DNA from: Hyalangium minutum
Lineage (GTDB): Bacteria; Myxococcota; Myxococcia; Myxococcales; Myxococcaceae
Assembly (NCBI RefSeq): GCF_000737315.1
Contig: NZ_JMCB01000019.1
Location: 124,001 to 188,000, forward strand
DNA: 64,000 nt
Direction of reading: 5' to 3'
Part shown: one piece after another, positions 50,208-58,709 of the stretch
How the letters are laid out: every line of letters starts with the position of its first letter
Position numbering within the stretch: position 1 is the stretch's first letter
Translations under genes and position numbers: made by a program
Notes under the pieces: model-generated
Told to the model about the DNA's origin: nothing
The model's input: only the letters and a program-made list of their open reading frames with translations
The model's database searches: none

Positions 50208-51155
50208 GTGGAATCCAGCACCCGGACGACTGTTCCCCTGACTCGCGCGGCCCTGCTGCTGCTCGGGCTCTGGCTCCCAACCCCGGTCCTGGCTCAGACC
50301 GCCCCGCCGCTGCCCGAGCGCCGGCTCGTTATCAACAGCCTGCTCGTCGCGCGCCTCAACCCCCTGGGGCTCGAGCTGCAGACGCGCGGCGGCTACCAGC
50401 GGCGCCTCTACCCTCACGAGGGACCGCTCTTCCGCGACAACTTCCTCTTCGTGGGTGTCTACCCCAAGCTCAGCCCCGCGGGTATCAAGGTGGGGCCGGT
50501 GGTGGAAGTACAGCCTCTGTCCATCTTCAACCTGAGGCTGTCCGCCGAGTACGTGGGCTTCTTTGGCGCGCAGGGCTTCTTGCAGTCGCGCCCTTCGGCG
50601 AACGCGGACGCCTCCGACACGGCCCGGGATGACGGCAAGGCCGCGGGGCAGCACTACAGCGCCTCGGGGATGCGCCTGGCCCTCGAGCCCTTTGTCCAGA
50701 TGAAGCTGGGGCCCGTCGCCGTGCGAAACCGCTTCGCGGCCGAGTACTGGAGCATGGGCCTGCGCGGCGAAGACCGGGTCTGGTACGACGCCACACTGGA
50801 CACGCTGGTGCCCGGCAAGGGCTTCACGCTGGCGAACGATCTGGACGTGCTCTTCCTGGGGCTGCCGCCGCTGGTGGTGGGGGCGCGCTATTCGCTGGTC
50901 GAGCCGCTCTACACGCCGCGCCACCTCGAGGCGGGCGAGGCCCTGACGGTGGACAATGGCCACCAGCGCGTGGGGTTGCTGGCCGCCTATGTCTTCTATG
51001 ACGAGGGGTACACGGCCTTCAACAAGCCAGCCGTCATCCTCAACGTCGCGTGGTACCTGCAGCATCGCTTCCGCACAGGGGCGGACGTGAACCGCGCCAT
51101 GCCCTATCTGCTCCTGGGCTTCGCCTTCCAGTCGGATCTTCTGGACGGAACGTAG
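50208..51155 (+). CDS. Hypothetical secreted protein, probable outer-membrane beta-barrel
   Basis: Signal peptide ending VLA-Q; alternating amphipathic strands; aromatic C-terminus. Confidence 0.6.
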   Translation: MESSTRTTVPLTRAALLLLGLWLPTPVLAQTAPPLPERRLVINSLLVARLNPLGLELQTRGGYQRRLYPHEGPLFRDNFLFVGVYPKLSPAGIKVGPVVEVQPLSIFNLRLSAEYVGFFGAQGFLQSRPSANADASDTARDDGKAAGQHYSASGMRLALEPFVQMKLGPVAVRNRFAAEYWSMGLRGEDRVWYDATLDTLVPGKGFTLANDLDVLFLGLPPLVVGARYSLVEPLYTPRHLEAGEALTVDNGHQRVGLLAAYVFYDEGYTAFNKPAVILNVAWYLQHRFRTGADVNRAMPYLLLGFAFQSDLLDGT

Positions 51156-51188
51156 TCTCGTGAAGCTCTCGAGCTACGGCACCGCAGG

Positions 51189-51695
51189 TCACCTCTTGAA
51201 GAAGCCCCCTTCGGGGAACGCTTGGGTCGCCAGCCTCTGCAGCAAGGCGAAGTCATCCAGGAAGCCCGCTTCTTGGAGGTATGTGCGCTTCGAGTCGTAG
51301 AAGGCGAGCTTCTCGCAACTGAAGCAAGCGACCACGTCCAGCCAATCCGTGCCGCGCCAGAAGCGCAGGGTGATGTCCGGGTTGAACATGCACTTGCGAC
51401 GCGGCCTGGGCTCGAAGTCCTTCGGTGACACCCAGATCTTCCCCAAGGCCTCGCGATCCTCCTTGCTGAGCGCGGGGCCCTCGCGGGTGAGGAGGTAGGG
51501 TCCGCTGAACTTGCGGGTGTCCGGCTCGGGAGGCAGTTGGTCCCAGTTCTGGTCCACATCCGAGAGGAAGATCTGCACCCGATCCGGCTGGCGAAAGAAC
51601 TGCTCCAGGGTGGGTGAGGCGGGAGCCTTCGGTGCCACATTCGGTGCCACAACAGGCGCGGAGGACAGGCACAGGATCAGGAGCGCGGTGAGCAT
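51189..51695 (-). CDS. Hypothetical secreted protein
   Basis: MLTALLILCLSSAP signal; KCMFNP...VACFSC. Confidence 0.55.
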   Translation of the reverse strand: MLTALLILCLSSAPVVAPNVAPKAPASPTLEQFFRQPDRVQIFLSDVDQNWDQLPPEPDTRKFSGPYLLTREGPALSKEDREALGKIWVSPKDFEPRPRRKCMFNPDITLRFWRGTDWLDVVACFSCEKLAFYDSKRTYLQEAGFLDDFALLQRLATQAFPEGGFFKR

Positions 51696-51823
51696 GGGTC
51701 TCCAGGCTACATGGATTGAGGTGGGGTTTGCCGCTTCGCAGCCTCCAATGCTCGGAGCACTGGAGCCTAGGACTTGACGTCGTCGCGGCCGACGACCGTC
51801 ATCATCGTGGCGCTCAGGGTGGC

Positions 51824-51846
51824 GGGTTCGATTCCCGCCGCCTCCA
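51824..51846 (+). repeat. tmRNA (ssrA) 3'-end-like fragment, att-like copy 1
   Basis: GGGTTCGATTCCCGCCGCCTCCA: T-arm plus acceptor strand CGCCTCCA. Identical to 55528..55550. Confidence 0.75.
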
Positions 51847-51893
51847 TCTTGAGAGAGGCTCAATTCGTGTAGGAGCAGACGGTCTGCGTCTGA

Positions 51894-52020
51894 TCAATCG
51901 AACACGTCCAGCGCGAATGGTCTGCGCAGTAGCTCGGCCCAGGAAAGTCGCGGTGTCCGCTCCTTCTTCGGTTCAGCCTTCGCCGTTGCCTCAGGCGGCG
52001 AGTTCTCCGTCTCCAGCCCC
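51894..52020 (-). pseudogene. IS91-family transposase C-terminal remnant
   Basis: Manual translation ...KKERTPRLSWAELLRRPFALDVFD*, resembling the IS91-type W-x2-LL-x-R-x-F-x2-DV-x2-C tail with a stop where Cys is expected. Confidence 0.55.
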
Positions 52021-52443
52021 TCCCTCTCCCCAGGTTGAGAAAGTCTCCGCGCAACCATCGCTGAAGCTGCAGGGCTCTACTCCCCAGAACTGGGTGGAAG
52101 CCTCGCGCAGTCCGGGAGATCCCGTGTACACGTCTCAGTCTCCGTACTGGTGCTCGTTACATAGCATCCACCCAAGCCATCATCCCCACACTTGGAAGCC
52201 ATCACGGTCCTCGCCCGAGACCCCGTCAGGGCGCAGGAGCTAACCTAACGAATTGGCAACCCGTAGCTTGTTCCGCAACCCGTTCCGCAGGGGGCGAAAA
52301 CAATGCCAGGGCAGGCCACTCTCGTCCCCGTGCAAAACTCCGCCACATCAGCTGACAGAGCCCTGAGAATACTGGGGCCGGGAGCCGCTGATAAAGCAGC
52401 AGCTTCCGGCCATGGTTTCCAGGAACACTGAGCGCTGGCGAGA

Positions 52444-54957
52444 CTACTCGGGGAGTGTAATCACTTGTGTGCTCGTCACGGACTGACCATTCCAGAAGAA
52501 GAGGGTGAATTCGTCGCTCGCGTTCCAGTGAATACTCCGAGTTATCTTCTGTGTCTCGATGGGGCCGAAAGTGATCGTCTCCATGAGAATGCCGCGCGCG
52601 TCATAGAACTCGAAGGTTCGAGTGACGGGTTCACTGCCTTCGTTGCCGAAAAGCATGAAATATTGATTTGGCTGGAGGGGAGGTGTGATCGCTGTCGACC
52701 AATCAATGGGTTGGTACAGAGCCTGGGGGAGTTGGTTTGAGATGCCGCCGCCCGGAGCCGCACCACCGTTGGAACGTGCCCAGACAAGGTTGCCGCCGGC
52801 TCCTTCTCCAGTCGTGGTTCCGAACACCCGGATTTGGTTGAGGGTTCCACAGATGTGCGTGCCGCCACAGGTGCCGCTGCTGTTGCAGACATCTCCGGTC
52901 GTACAGGAATTGGAATCGTTACATGGTGTACCGGTGGTGGTACGTGAGCAGGACTGGCTTTCGCTGCTGGTGAAGCCAGCACAATTTCCCTCCGAGCAGG
53001 TATAGGTAGTGATGGAGCGGGACTGTGAGCCTATGGGATCGCAGACGTCGTTGAAGCCACCGCATGCGCCCCACGCCCCAGCACTGGGAGTGCCACAGGG
53101 AGTGTTGACCGGCTTGTTGCTCCAACTAGTGGTGGAGACGCTTGGATTGCACGTCTGGCAGCTGGCGGCCGGGTTGGTAGCGCCGGAGGCATAGTAGGTG
53201 CCGCCAATCCAGCAGCCTGCGGTGCACTGGCCCGCGCTGGTGCAGATGAGCCCTGAGCCGCAGGAGGTGCCGGGAAGGGCCGAGGGATGAGAGCAGTTGC
53301 CCGAGGCATCGCAGATGTCCAGGGTGCAGGCGTTGCTGTCATTGGTGCAGGCCGTACCGGAGGGCAGGAAGCCATCGCCCGGGCAACTATCGGAGGTGCC
53401 GGTGCAGGACTCGGCGGCGTCGCACGCTCCGTTGGAGGCACGGCAGACAGTGGTAGCGGGTTTCTTGGCGTCCGCTGGGCACGAGCTGGAGGTACCGATG
53501 CACATCTCTGCGGCATCACAGCTACCATTGGCCGCGCGGCAGACAGTGGTGGATGGCAGGAATGAGCAGGTGCCCAGATTGCCGAGGATGTTGCACGCAT
53601 CGCATGCGCCGCCACATGTGGAGTCGCAGCACACGCCATCCACGCACTGGCTGCTGGAGCATTGGTTGGCCGCGGTGCAAGCAGCCCCGTTGCCCCTGTG
53701 CGCCTCGCAGGTGTTGCCCTCGCAGTAGGAGCCGCTCGCGCAGTCGGTATCCGCCCGGCAACAGCTTGAGGAGGCACACTCTCCGTAACCGCACGTGGCC
53801 GGGTTGCAGGTCTGCATCCCCGCTGCACCGCACCACGCCGTGCAGCTCCGGCTGCTCGAGCCAGTACACTCGAAGCCCTCGTCCACTTGCCCGTCGCAGG
53901 TGTCGTCCACCCCGTTGCACGCCTCCGCTGCGGGCGGCGTGCAGGCCCCCCACGAGCAGGTCGCCCCGCACACCCGGGTGCCAGTGGAGCCACAGCTCGT
54001 CGCACAATTGGCGTTCGTCCCCTCCTCGCACTCTCCCCCCAGCTCGTCCAGCGCGTTGACATGGGCTATTGCGCCACTGAGGTTCAGCGAAAGGGCGTAC
54101 ATGCCGCCGAACAAGTGTCCACGGCTGAAGGTGACGCGGGCATGAGGGGCCAGCACCGTACCCTTGAACTCGGTACTTCCGATGTCGATGCGAGTGGCAT
54201 CCACGAAGTGGTAGAGCACGCGCTGCGGGGTGATGCCGCCGCTGAACAAGGTGCTGAAGCCGTTGAAGCTGAATGGGTTGTCGGAGGCGGGGTGCGTGCT
54301 GCGGACGTTGATCACCACGAACGAGCTGGCCGGCGCGTTGATGGACCACGCCCAGGCACCGGTGAGGTGGGTGTTGGTCACATTGAAAATGTTCAGGCAC
54401 GGATCCGCGCCGTTCATCTTCACGTTGCCATATTCGAGCGTGGCGTCGAGGCCCTGCTGGTCAGCCAGCCGCGAGGACAGACCGAGCATCTTGTCGCGCC
54501 GGTCCGCGAAGTTGAAGTCAGAGGGAATGCCCGGCGTCATGGTGCAGCCCGAAGCGCAGCCCGTGCCCCTGTCGGTGTAACTACCTCCATACCTGACGTC
54601 GCCATGGAGGGTGCCTCCCGAGACGGTCAGGTCACCACCTGCCATCAACGCGCTGGGGGCATTGTTTGGCAGCACCGAGCCCGCTTCGGAGCGCGTCAGG
54701 GCGATGTTGCCACCCGCTGCCACCTTGCCCTCGACGGTGCTCTCGACGGTGGTGGCGCCCTCGATCAGGAACAGGTTGTAGTCACCCAAGTGAATGTCAA
54801 GGCAAACGGAGCAGGAGTCCGCCGTGACCTGACTGATGGCGGTGCTCAGGTTCGCTGGCGCTCCCGCTTGCGTTTGCCCTGGTTCGCTTGAGGTGCATTT
54901 CAACGCGCCAAGAACGACTGCTGCCGCCAACAAACACGTAAATCCCGCCCGGTACAT
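52444..54957 (-). CDS. Choice-of-anchor-A domain, Cys-rich repeat surface (lipo)protein
   Basis: YNLFL...VEGKVAAGGN...GTVLAPHA...G.M.A domain, then many CxxCDG and disintegrin-like Cys repeats. Visibly lower GC than flanking genes. Alternative start 55059. Confidence 0.75.
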   Translation of the reverse strand: MYRAGFTCLLAAAVVLGALKCTSSEPGQTQAGAPANLSTAISQVTADSCSVCLDIHLGDYNLFLIEGATTVESTVEGKVAAGGNIALTRSEAGSVLPNNAPSALMAGGDLTVSGGTLHGDVRYGGSYTDRGTGCASGCTMTPGIPSDFNFADRRDKMLGLSSRLADQQGLDATLEYGNVKMNGADPCLNIFNVTNTHLTGAWAWSINAPASSFVVINVRSTHPASDNPFSFNGFSTLFSGGITPQRVLYHFVDATRIDIGSTEFKGTVLAPHARVTFSRGHLFGGMYALSLNLSGAIAHVNALDELGGECEEGTNANCATSCGSTGTRVCGATCSWGACTPPAAEACNGVDDTCDGQVDEGFECTGSSSRSCTAWCGAAGMQTCNPATCGYGECASSSCCRADTDCASGSYCEGNTCEAHRGNGAACTAANQCSSSQCVDGVCCDSTCGGACDACNILGNLGTCSFLPSTTVCRAANGSCDAAEMCIGTSSSCPADAKKPATTVCRASNGACDAAESCTGTSDSCPGDGFLPSGTACTNDSNACTLDICDASGNCSHPSALPGTSCGSGLICTSAGQCTAGCWIGGTYYASGATNPAASCQTCNPSVSTTSWSNKPVNTPCGTPSAGAWGACGGFNDVCDPIGSQSRSITTYTCSEGNCAGFTSSESQSCSRTTTGTPCNDSNSCTTGDVCNSSGTCGGTHICGTLNQIRVFGTTTGEGAGGNLVWARSNGGAAPGGGISNQLPQALYQPIDWSTAITPPLQPNQYFMLFGNEGSEPVTRTFEFYDARGILMETITFGPIETQKITRSIHWNASDEFTLFFWNGQSVTSTQVITLPE

Positions 54958-55527
54958 TTCATCCGCTCCAGGCCCCCGGCGGATGCCTCCGTAGGAGCGT
55001 CGATCTTCGGGCTGCAACGCACCGCTCGGGAGGCGCAGCGCAGTCCTTGCCAACGACAAGTGAGCCAGAAGGAGTCAAAATGATGCAGAAGAATCTGCGG
55101 GCTCGGTCGTCTTTCGCGGTAAGTGAGGAGCGCCGCAGCGAGGCCACGCCCTTGACGCGTTGCGGTGTCATGGAGCAGGCCACCCGAATTCCACTCGCCT
55201 GCGTCTGCGGCGCTCCTGGCAGGGCCGCCATGACGGCAGAGGAACATGCGACGCTGGCCACCATCGGCGCGAACCTGGAGATGCGGGGGCGGGATCTCCG
55301 CGACTTCTTCACGGCATGGACGGGAGGCGGCCTTCCTGAATGCCTGGGGATAGTTACCCCCGCACGGTTTCGTCCTCCGTCATGTTGCACGTATGTCGCA
55401 GGAGCCTGCGGAATGTGCTGGGACAGGACGGGACGACACGGGACGCGGCGGGATAACGAATCCAAATCATTCCGGGCGGTTGCGAGGCAAGGGCGCGATT
55501 CTGCTAGAGATTTCGCACCGCCGGCAT

Positions 55528-55550
55528 GGGTTCGATTCCCGCCGCCTCCA
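55528..55550 (+). repeat. tmRNA (ssrA) 3'-end-like fragment, att-like copy 2
   Basis: Exact 23-nt direct repeat of 51824..51846. Confidence 0.75.
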
Positions 55551-55588
55551 CACCGTTCATCGCACAGGAGCCAGTAGACTCCAGAGCC

Positions 55589-56233
55589 ATGCGTGCAAGC
55601 CCTGCTGGCTGGGTAGCTTTCGTCGGTGTGCTCCTGGCTGCCTGCGCCTCCACGAATGTCTCGTTGCCTGAGGAGGAACCCCAGGAAGTCTCCTGGGAAG
55701 AAGGCTGCCAGGACAACACCACCCTTGAGCTGGTCTGCTCCGAAAACACCTGTGCCTTCTTCCGCTGCAGGGACTTGACAGAAGCCAGGGGAGCAAGCCC
55801 TGGCCAGATCGAACCGACTCGATGGCCGGGGCTCAGGCCTCCTGGCGGGTGGCGCAGAGGGGGACGGCTACCTCGGCCAGGCGCCGAGCCCGTCTTCCGA
55901 ATCCGCTGGCACAACCACCCCGCTCCGACCCTGCCCAGTCAGCGCCCGCTCCCGCGCGACCGCCTCGTGAAGCACCACATCTTCCCGCAGGCCCCGGACC
56001 TCGCCGCATGGTTCCAGCAGCAGGGCCTCAACATCCACCAGTACACGCTCTTGATTCCTCGTGAAGTGCATATTCGGATCCACCTCGGAGGCCAACGCGG
56101 AGGCCGGTGGAATGAGGAATGGCGTCACTTCACGAGGGGCCGCCTGCGAGCCACACCCGAGGAGATCTGGCAGCACGCCATCAAGTTGATCGTGAAGTAC
56201 GATCTGACAGGAGCCTCGATGGTGCCCTACTGA
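55589..56233 (+). CDS. TIGR02269-type lipoprotein toxin (SitA6-like)
   Basis: Lipobox LLAAC; C..TCAFFRC; FRIRW; KHHIFPQ...WF...IH..T...H.RIH.G..GG.WN..W. Confidence 0.8.
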   Translation: MRASPAGWVAFVGVLLAACASTNVSLPEEEPQEVSWEEGCQDNTTLELVCSENTCAFFRCRDLTEARGASPGQIEPTRWPGLRPPGGWRRGGRLPRPGAEPVFRIRWHNHPAPTLPSQRPLPRDRLVKHHIFPQAPDLAAWFQQQGLNIHQYTLLIPREVHIRIHLGGQRGGRWNEEWRHFTRGRLRATPEEIWQHAIKLIVKYDLTGASMVPY

Positions 56234-56257
56234 TGAGGCACCCTGAGCGCAAATCGG

Positions 56258-56971
56258 ATGCGATTCTACGAGTTGAGGGAGAACCGAGCGTCGGGCTACA
56301 CAGGGGACATCAGTGCCGCATCCAAGTGGTTCCTCCCCGGAGCGAAGTGTCCTGGGTGCGGTGCTACATGGGCCAACGCGGCGGTGGCTTATCCCTGCGT
56401 CGACCTATCACGGCATCCCCAGCAGGCAGCGTTCGTGGTGCCGAGGGCTGAGCCTCTTCATGAGTTCGAACGGCTGCGTGAGCTGATCCGCCCCTGGGCT
56501 CCTGAAGGAGCGCCTCTTCCTCCCGGAACGCGGTTCGGTCCCCTTGTCGGGAACGCGTGGGGGCGCTTCGGCTCCTTCTTCTTCCAGAATCCCTGGACGC
56601 TGCTGGTGCGACGCGAGGCCATGGAGACGCTGCAACAGGCCGGCCTTCGGGGGTTGGCGGGGCATCAGCCGCAGCTGAGCTTCCGTCAGAAGAAAGAGCT
56701 GCCAGACCTGATGGAACTCCAGCTTATGCCCTACGGACTGTTGCACGCTGACTGCCTGCGCCAACCCCCTGCGCCTTGTCCTCGGTGCGGGCGTGAGGGC
56801 TCCGAACTCCCAGAGCAGCTCATCCTCAAGGCCGCCTCGCTGCCGCCACATACGGATGTGTTTCGCCTGGCCGATTTCGAAAGCGTCCTGGTCGGCACCG
56901 AGCACTTCAAGGAGGCCGTCCAGCGCCTCGGGATGGATGGAATCCTCTTCCACGAACTACCGCTGCGCTGA
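56258..56971 (+). CDS. Double-CXXCG motif immunity protein (SitI6-like)
   Basis: CPGCG and CPRCG motifs; immediately downstream of the toxin gene. Confidence 0.82.
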   Translation: MRFYELRENRASGYTGDISAASKWFLPGAKCPGCGATWANAAVAYPCVDLSRHPQQAAFVVPRAEPLHEFERLRELIRPWAPEGAPLPPGTRFGPLVGNAWGRFGSFFFQNPWTLLVRREAMETLQQAGLRGLAGHQPQLSFRQKKELPDLMELQLMPYGLLHADCLRQPPAPCPRCGREGSELPEQLILKAASLPPHTDVFRLADFESVLVGTEHFKEAVQRLGMDGILFHELPLR

Positions 56972-57169
56972 GCGACAGGCTGTACCAGCCGATGCAGCAC
57001 TCTGCATGGCTGACGCCCGCCATCCGCAGCGCCCGCAGGAGCAGGTGCTTGGCCATCCCAGCGTTGAGCGGCTGGCCGCCCGGCTGGCAGAACACGAAAG
57101 GGCCACACGGGGGACGGTGTACCTGGGTGCCTCCACAGCTGAGCCGGGCAGGTTCACGGTCCTTTCCCG
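56972..57169 (-). pseudogene. Frameshifted tyrosine integrase fragment
   Basis: RERTVNLPGSAVEA, then a frameshift near 57125 to HRPPCGPFVFCQPGGQPLNAGMAKHLLLRALRMAGVS...IGWYSL, a decayed box leading into HxLRH. Confidence 0.7.
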
Positions 57170-57531
57170 CGTACGAAGCGGCTTGCACGGCAGTTCCGGC
57201 AGCCAGGGTTCAGCGCAAGCTCCGCGATTTCCTCACGGCATGGGCGGGAGGGGCCATTCCTGAAGGTCCGGTTGCACCTATGTCGCAGGAGCCTGTTTCC
57301 AAGGTGGTGACTGAAGTCACCGGTGGATGACGGGGGTCATCAGGACGCTCCCGGCCCATTCCCCCTGGGAGGCCTCCTGGGTCGGCCCGTGACAAGCCCT
57401 CTGCTCTGATGAATGTGCTCACCAGCCCTTGCAGGCTCTCCCCTGGGACGAGGTGCTGGCATGTCGGATGCAGAAGGACAGGGCATCACTTCACCTCACC
57501 GCCCGCGGTGACACCGTCCAGGAGAACTCCC

Positions 57532-58608
57532 ATGGCCCCCATCGGCTCCAAGCTGACCCGCGCTGCTCCCCTCTCCTCGGCCCCGGCCTCGTTCGAGCCC
57601 AAGCCGCTGACGCGTGCCAAGCCGCTGACGGAGGCCAAGCCGAAGGGCCCGGACGCCCTGAAGCACCCGGCCCTGCCCGATGGCGGTCCCAAGTACAGCC
57701 CCCTCGTGCAGAACACGGGCGATGCCGGCGTCCTGATGGCGACCGGCGGCACCAACAAGCTCACCGCGCCGCTGAGCGCCGATCCGAAGAAGTACCTCGA
57801 CAAGCCGGGCACCACCCACCAGAAGGACGTCTTCGGCGGCACGGCGAAGGCCAGCCTCGGCTCGGCCTCGGCCTCCACCATCAACCACCGCGCGGGCGGT
57901 GTGATTCAGCACTCGGCCCAGGCCGAGATCAACGGGCCGAATGCCTCCTTCCAGGCCCAGAAGACGCACGCGGGCCGGCTGGGCATCACCAGCGCCCAGC
58001 TCACCGGCGAGGCCACCGCGTTCAAGGGGCAGGCGCAGGCGGGCATCCAGCTCGATAACAAGAACCACGCGTACACCGCCGCGCTGACGGGCCGGGCGGA
58101 GACGGGCGTGAACGTCACGGGCAGCCTCACGCATGACGTCAACCGGCACGTGGGCGGGTTCCTCAAGGGCGAGGCCAAGGCCGGAGCCGCCGCCTTCGCC
58201 GAGGCCGCCGCGTCGCTGAACCCGAAGGCCGGCACGGCGCTGCTCTCGGCCCAGGCGGGCGCGGGGGCCACCGCAGGCGTGTACGGCACGGCGGGTGGGC
58301 ACCTGGGCCGGCTGCACGGCTCCGCCACCGCGGGCCTGGTCGCGGGCGCGGCGGCTCAGGCCGGTGGGAAGCTCGGTCTGGAGAATGGCTTCCTCCGCCA
58401 GTCGGCGCAGGTCAACGCCGCCGCGGGCGTGGGCACGCACCTCAAGACCGACGTCGCGCTCGACGTGCGCCATCACCTCAAGCCCAGCCTGGCCGAGGGC
58501 CTGCGCCCGGGCCTCGCTGCCGCGACGGGTGTGGGCTCGCCCGCGAGCGCGCTGCAGCCCGAGAAGTCGAAGCTCGAGAAGGCTCTCTCGAAGGCGTTTG
58601 GCGGCTGA
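57532..58608 (+). CDS. Hypothetical Gly/Ala-rich protein with repeated A-x-A-x-A-G strands
   Basis: ATG after AGGAG; GC3-rich codon usage; no signal peptide evident. Confidence 0.65.
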   Translation: MAPIGSKLTRAAPLSSAPASFEPKPLTRAKPLTEAKPKGPDALKHPALPDGGPKYSPLVQNTGDAGVLMATGGTNKLTAPLSADPKKYLDKPGTTHQKDVFGGTAKASLGSASASTINHRAGGVIQHSAQAEINGPNASFQAQKTHAGRLGITSAQLTGEATAFKGQAQAGIQLDNKNHAYTAALTGRAETGVNVTGSLTHDVNRHVGGFLKGEAKAGAAAFAEAAASLNPKAGTALLSAQAGAGATAGVYGTAGGHLGRLHGSATAGLVAGAAAQAGGKLGLENGFLRQSAQVNAAAGVGTHLKTDVALDVRHHLKPSLAEGLRPGLAAATGVGSPASALQPEKSKLEKALSKAFGG

Positions 58609-58709
58609 GCCACTTGCCACACAAGGGCGGCGCCGCAGTGAAGCGGCACACAGGTTTTCTATGAAGCCCTCCACAGCGGGTGCGGAGCCGCCTCGGCAGA
58701 GTGCGACGC

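Noticed and set aside
48960-51065. 701-aa ORF-track version of the ADYC protein
   Set aside because: The N-terminal half is antisense to the 50208..51155 gene. A signal peptide and RBS support a start near 50042.
51762-51846. Possible complete tRNA ending in the TTCGATT T-loop
   Set aside because: No D-arm or anticodon arm can be folded, and the 5' acceptor strand matches only partly. It is better explained as an att fragment.
52290-52320. GGGGGCGAAA as a possible tmRNA 5' end
   Set aside because: It is not followed by the conserved TTCGAC motif, and it lies downstream of the first 3' fragment.
55047-55577. 176-aa ORF overlapping the att region
   Set aside because: It runs through repeat and att DNA with no recognisable domain. 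At most it is a fragment, since the LRDFxTAW segment recurs at about 57220.
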